Source: Mytilus trossulus
Taxonomy: Eukaryota
Direction of reading: 5' to 3'
DNA length: 64,000 nucleotides
Assembly (NCBI RefSeq): GCF_036588685.1
Contig: NC_086385.1
Coordinates: forward strand, 27,365,216-27,429,215
Shown in pieces: positions 48,327 to 64,000 of this stretch. A model generated the notes under the pieces. The model was given only the letters and a program-made list of their open reading frames with translations, was not told where the DNA came from and ran no database searches. Position numbers and translations under genes: made by a program. How positions within the stretch are numbered: the stretch's first letter is position 1; every line of letters begins with the position of its first letter.

Positions 48327-49976
48327 TATGGAACTCCACAACTGTCTTATGTGGAAATCTGGTATTATTTTATGTTGTTTTAGTATTACTAAATTATATT
48401 TTGTCTATTTTACTTATTATGGTTTTGACATTACGTAATAATGTTTTGATATAACTCAATAGTGAATGGCCATTACTTAATGATATTTCGATATTACACT
48501 ATATGGTTTCGTAATGACTTGATATAGTTTTGTCATTTCTCAATATGGTTTTGTCATTACTCGATGTGGTTTCACCATTATTTAATATGATTGTTTCATT
48601 AGTCAAAGTAGTTTTAACATTATGTAACTAACCGTTATGAAGTTGTTTCATTTAATGACGTGGTTTTGTTATTTCGTCTATTTGATAATTTGTCTATTCT
48701 TTAAAGGGTTTTAATATTACGTAATGATGTTTCACAATTTTACGATTTTTCACTACTTGATGTGTTTGTTTCTTTATTTGATGTGGTCTTGTCATTCTTT
48801 GATTTGTCCTGTCATTCTTTGATGTGGTTATCCCTTTACTTGATGATGTAAAACCACCTGACCAATTGGGAAAAACCTGTTCTATTTTTAGATAGATTTT
48901 GTATGTGCCTTGAATGCGTGTCGCCATCCATGTAATTAGTGTTCAAATTAAAGTTCATGTTACTGTTTGAGCTAAACTTTGAGTTAGTTTTCGAATTCAA
49001 GTCATGCGTTTTGTTTACTACAACATTGTTTATTTAGTATGCATATCCCTGAGCCTTCTTTTCGAAAGCCCACGATAGAAAATTTCATTACGAACTCAAA
49101 AAAGACATATAAAATAGCTGGAATTCCAACTCGAAATCCTTATTAACCGTAATGAGACTTAAATTGGAATCCTGTTCAAAGTCTACCTCAAGAAATGACT
49201 AAAACTCAAAGTTGTAACTAGAACTCTGCCTTTGAATGTGACTAAAATTCGAAGACCAACTCGAAACTCAATGCTAACTAAAACTTTAATTTTAAGCATG
49301 ATGATTTGAATTCGAAAACTTACTCAAAGTTTAATTCAAACACCGAGTTTAATTTGAACACTAATAAGACGGATGGCCACACGCATGCAAGGCACATACA
49401 ACATGGAAATTTATCTAAGAATAGAACAGGTTTTTCCAAATTTGTGACGTGGTTTTATCTCATCAAGTAATAAGTTAACTACATCAAAGAATGACAGGAC
49501 CACATCAAAGAAGGTCAAGACCACGTCAAATAATGAAACAAACACATCCAGTAGTGTAAAATCGTCAAATTTCGAAACATCAATACGTTAAAACCTTGTA
49601 ATGAATAGACAAATCATCATTACGAAATAACAAAATCATGTGATAAAACAACTACATAACGTTAAGTCACATACACATCAAGTAATGTTAAACCTACATT
49701 AACTAATGACACAAGCATATTAAATAATGGTGAAACCACATCGAGTAATGACAAAACCATATTGAGAAATGACAAACTATATATATCAAGTCATTACGAA
49801 ACCATATCGTGTAATATCAAAATATCATTAAGTAATGACTTTTCCATATTGAGTTATATTAAAACATCATTACGCAATGTCAAAACCATATAAGTAAAGA
49901 CAAGATTTCATTAAATAACGATAAAACAACATAAAGTAATATCAGAGTTCCACATAAGACAGCTGTGGCGTCCATA
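48327..49976. mobile_element. Foldback-type element with ~680-bp inverted arms built of ~21-bp subrepeats
   Basis: 48327-~49010 is the diverged reverse complement of ~49295-49976 (e.g. CATTTCTCAATATGGTTTTGTCATTACTCGATGTGGTTTCACCATTATTTAATATG / CATATTAAATAATGGTGAAACCACATCGAGTAATGACAAAACCATATTGAGAAATG). Termini TATGGA / TCCATA. Confidence 0.9.
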
Positions 49977-50491
49977 TGATAAACCCAAATGTGTCCCGAT
50001 GATAGTTTAGAAAAGAATACCGGATCCACAAAATACATAAAGAGTGAGATTGAGTGAGTTTGCATACTGTTGTTTAATGTGAGAAAAAAAGGCAACAGTA
50101 TAATACCGATGTTCAAAATTCATAAATCGATAGAAAAAAAACCAAATCTGGATCGAAAACCAAAACCGAGGGAAACGCATGCAATATAAGAGAATGACGA
50201 CACAACAGTAAAATGTAACACGCACAGAAACGAAAAACTCGTACCAAGGATAATTCAAACGAATGTATATGTATCATACTTTTTTGATATCTTTTGTAGA
50301 CAATAATTTCCTGAGGGTATCATTATCCCGATAGTCAAAACTCCAGTACTCTGTTTGTACTTTACTTTTTGAAGAATAAAAACTCAACAACATTTTTTAA
50401 GACAATCTGAAAAACAAATAAAGAATACACAATTTGTTTTCCCCAGTAAGACATCAGAAAGTTTATATGGCGGTATCTTTCTTGAGATAGA

Positions 50492-50890
50492 TAATTAACT
50501 GTCTTCTAATTGATAAATTGTTATTAGTGCCAAATTGAATCACTTCATAAAAACAGTTTGTTAAATATGAAAAACGTTTCGCGAAAGTAATTTTAAAACG
50601 ATTTGTTTTCAACCAGAGAAATTTCCGATAGTTTATAATATCTGACGCAACTTAAAATTTTCTCTAGACATATGATTAATTGTCTTCTAATTGATAAATT
50701 GTTGTTATTGCCAACAGTTTGTTAAATATGTTTCTCTGAAAAACGTTTTGCGATAGTAATTTCAAAACGATTTGTTTTCAACCAGAGAAACATTAGATAG
50801 TTTATGATTTCTGAAGCAACTTAAAATTTTCTCTATGCATATGGTTGATTGTCCTCTAATTGATAAATTGTTGTTATTGCCAAAATGAAT
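50492..50890 (+). repeat. ~170-180-bp tandem duplication (about 2.3 units) just upstream of FREP2
   Basis: CT[T/C]CTAATTGATAAATTGTT at ~50503, ~50684 and ~50853, with alignable intervening sequence. Confidence 0.85.
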
Positions 50891-51101
50891 CTTAACATGT
50901 ACTGTAGAAAAGTGCATATATATAACGAACGCTTGTCATCAGAAACACATATTGTTAAATACATTTCCCTGCAACACGTTTTGCTAAAGAATGTTCTTCG
51001 ACAAATGGTACTAGCGATAATTTTGAATTGTGTTAGATTATTTTAAACGATTCTGTCTATATACTAAATTAAATTATTTATCCTTTTTGTAATTTTACAT
51101 A

Positions 51102-62496
<11,395 letters not shown>

Positions 62497-64000
62497 CATG
62501 ATTAATATGTCATAACTGATGACACTGATTGTCATTTGACGTAGATACACATGATGCTTATTGTGACTTAGGATATATAACAACAGAAAGACATATGTGA
62601 TCTGGTTTACAGCATGCAAAACATAGTTTCAGAATACTTATGTCAATCAATAACAATTTGCATTTCTTGATTTCAAATACACTGTGCATTATACATTTTG
62701 AGAAATCTTGTCAACTTTGCATATTTAATAAAGTTTGGTTCAAAAGAGCCGACAAATATGATGCCTTATCATTTCAAATTATATGACAGGAAAGATTTAT
62801 TTCTTCTTAAATCATCAATTCAATTCTGTGTTCTAGCACCATATCATAAGAAGTGTGAGTCTTCTAATTATAAGCAAAACATCTATAGTATGCATGTCTT
62901 GAAAAGGGACATGAGGAGAGAGTTGGTGCAATTCAATTGTTTTTCATCACCTTTTTTATAGCATTTTTTTCTTTCTTTATATAATTATAATATTGTCCGT
63001 TATTTGATATTTTGTATCTTCAAATCCCTCTTACTTTGTGAAATAATTGTTTGTACGTCGTGCTATTACCTTTGAAGCAGCTACCTAGCAGTCTATTGTG
63101 TGCATTTTGACGTCATCTAATATGTTCAACATGCGACATACAAAGCGTGACCATCTATGTTGAGGAACCATTAATTCAGTGGAAGTTGTTTGTGATTTAA
63201 TCTCATTTGTTTTCTGCTGTTGGCTTGAACATGAATAAGGTCATTGGAGGTCTTGTTTAAATCGTTCAAAGATAATCTTGTCTAGAATTTTTATATTGTT
63301 TTTACAGAGTCGTAGCTCTCTCAATTTTATTGTTACGGCTGGAAATTATATGAGTCGCGAAACGACTTAACCCGCCTCAGCGAGGCGGACATTCGGCATG
63401 GGTTTAGGGCCGTTCAATTCATGCAGTATCGGTTTCGCCAATTTTAGAAGGTCGTCGGATTACTACTGGGACAACCAGTATGTACTATGTATAACATTGT
63501 GTTCCAACTGACAATAACATTTGGGTCCGTAACAAATTACTAGTATATCTTTATTTAGATTTATTTATGTTGATCACCTGGTTGGAAATAATCTAAAATC
63601 AAAGCTTTTGTAAAGTGTGAGATGTCAACTTCCATTATTTATTTAGTCAATGTAGAGCAAGGAAAACATATAGCAAGTTGCACAGTAAAACTCCGTTTAA
63701 AAGAAATCAGTGTCCGATGACAATGATACATAACTTCAGAAAGGTAACTGAAACACCAGCGCCAGACCGCAATTTAACTGATTGAAATGTCATGTTTATC
63801 ATAATTAAGAATATTAAGTACCATCCCTTTTGTTAGAGATTAAGTACCCTACATTTTTGTACCATCATAACGTATATTGGAACAACTTAACCCATATCAG
63901 TTTAAGTATCAATGTTTAATTTACATAGTGGTTTTGCTAATTGTTAATTAAAACATATCTTAAAGAGTTTGAACATATATCTTCATGATCATTGCATTCC

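Overview
AT-rich eukaryotic genomic DNA. The gene and repeat families point to a bivalve, probably a Mytilus mussel (inference). By manual splice-site reading, the host content looks like an innate-immunity cluster: (1) a disabled single-exon Mab-21/cGAS-like receptor with a C-terminal TPR (~11.8-13.6 kb); (2) two tandem minus-strand paralogues of an uncharacterised Cys-rich membrane protein, each with 6 coding exons (14513-19352 and 24587-29478); (3) head-to-head with these, two tandem 5-exon fibrinogen-related protein (FREP) genes (32187-43536 and 51102-62496). Introns and spacers are packed with mobile DNA: a 5'-truncated Neptune-type Penelope-like element with an inverted pseudo-LTR and hammerhead ribozyme motifs, many Naiad-type PLE fragments, tRNA-derived repeats, Helentron-associated repeats, MITEs and a 1.65-kb foldback. 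The most striking signal is a Naiad PLE relic in FREP1 intron 1 whose N-terminal GIY-YIG domain has in-frame TGA at three conserved Cys positions, the pattern expected of a selenocysteine-recoded retrotransposon. Most short ORFs in the supplied track are spurious or are exon and repeat fragments.
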